A stretch of DNA of 64,000 nucleotides. Origin: Cyanobium sp. CZS25K. GTDB lineage: Bacteria; Cyanobacteriota; Cyanobacteriia; PCC-6307; Cyanobiaceae. Under the pieces are notes generated by a model. That model was not told the DNA's origin and made no database searches. It saw nothing but the letters and a program-made list of their open reading frames with translations. Below are positions 63,143-64,000 of the stretch, in pieces. A program made the position numbers and the translations under genes. Location: positions 60,661 through 124,660 of the forward strand of contig JAUCZB010000003.1 in NCBI GenBank assembly GCA_030373325.1. The letters run 5' to 3'. How positions within the stretch are numbered: the first letter of the stretch is position 1; every line of letters begins with the position of its first letter.

Positions 63143-64000
63143 ATGCTGAGAGCGGTGCCGGAGCAAGGTTCCTCTCCGCTGGCCTATGCCTCGGCCCCAG
63201 CTTCTGCTGCAGATGTGCAGCTAGCCCCCGTTTCCCAGTCTCCAGCCTCCCCTGAGGAGCCCGGGCGGGCCTACGGGATCCCCCTGCCTGCCTGGCTGCG
63301 CCAGGCCCTCCAGCACCTGCCGCCCCCCAGCGAGGAGGTGCGCCCCGCCGATCCGGAGGCCCTGGTGGCCACGGCCTTCGATTTCGCCTACCAGCTCCAC
63401 GACGGCCAGTTCCGGGCCAGTGGCGAGCCCTACATCGTCCATCCGATCGCCGTCGCCGGTCTGTTGCGCGACATCGGCGCCAGCACGGCGGTGATCGCCG
63501 CCGGCTTCCTCCACGACGTGGTGGAGGACACCCAGGTCACCCCCGAGGAGATCGAGGCCCGTTTCGGCGAGGAGGTGCGCGCCCTGGTGGAGGGGGTCAC
63601 CAAGCTGGGCGGTATCCATTTCACCAACCGCACCGAGGCCCAGGCGGAGAACCTGCGGCGCATGTTCCTGGCCATGGCCAGTGACATCCGGGTGGTGCTG
63701 GTCAAGCTGGCCGACCGTCTGCACAACATGCGCACGCTTTCGGCCCTCAAACCCGAGAAGCAGCAGCGCATCGCCCGCGAAACCCGCGACATCTACGCCC
63801 CCCTGGCCAACCGGCTGGGCATCGGCCGCTTCAAGTGGGAGCTGGAGGATCTGGCCTTCAAGGTGCTGGAGCCCGAATCCTTCCGCGACGTGCAGCAGCA
63901 GGTCGCCACCAAGCGCAGTGAACGGGAGGAACGGCTGGGGGCCACGGTGCAGCTGCTGCGCGACCGCCTGGCGTCGGTGGGCCTGGCGGAGTGCGACGTC
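63143..64000 (+). CDS. spoT: Bifunctional (p)ppGpp synthetase/hydrolase RelA/SpoT, 5' part
   Basis: Manual translation: 'HDGQFRASGEPYIVHP', 'LHDVVEDT', 'VKLADRLHNMRTL', 'YAPLANRLG', 'KWELEDL'; runs off the window. Confidence 0.95.
   Translation, partial: MLRAVPEQGSSPLAYASAPASAADVQLAPVSQSPASPEEPGRAYGIPLPAWLRQALQHLPPPSEEVRPADPEALVATAFDFAYQLHDGQFRASGEPYIVHPIAVAGLLRDIGASTAVIAAGFLHDVVEDTQVTPEEIEARFGEEVRALVEGVTKLGGIHFTNRTEAQAENLRRMFLAMASDIRVVLVKLADRLHNMRTLSALKPEKQQRIARETRDIYAPLANRLGIGRFKWELEDLAFKVLEPESFRDVQQQVATKRSEREERLGATVQLLRDRLASVGLAECDV

Overview
High-GC (about 70% by eye) chromosome segment of a picocyanobacterium (Cyanobium/Synechococcus-like). The conserved backbone is nhaP fragment, ldpA, Ycf45-like AAA/R3H, tRNA-Gln, recA with a LexA-type box, tyrA, eno, gloA, clpB, secE-nusG-rplKA-(GDSL gene)-rplJL, a Yfr2-like sRNA, rnhA, pyrD, pilMNOQ, MoxR-DUF58-transglutaminase, cobD-like, murG, a two-component system, pgk, usp, ylqF, rluA, an ABC ATPase and the start of relA/spoT. 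Two accessory regions interrupt it. The first (about 8.9-21.8 kb, between tyrA and eno) holds corA, an orphan + divergent ATP-grasp + orphan trio, two methyltransferases, a META protein, an unannotated 49-aa membrane ORF, a decayed RND pump with intact PadR, and a frameshifted acyltransferase. The second (about 55.1-63.0 kb) holds ISAs1 and IS66 remnants and a ~2070-aa RTX/Calx-beta-like surface protein, bracketed by a duplicated 5' end of the ABC ATPase gene. Best leads: pilQ is broken by one extra T in a T8 tract inside a low-GC internal segment (possible phase variation, or a sequencing error); the adhesin island has no integrase and is flanked by a duplicated gene start; and the ATP-grasp trio is uncharacterised. 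All calls come from motif recognition by eye; no searches were run.
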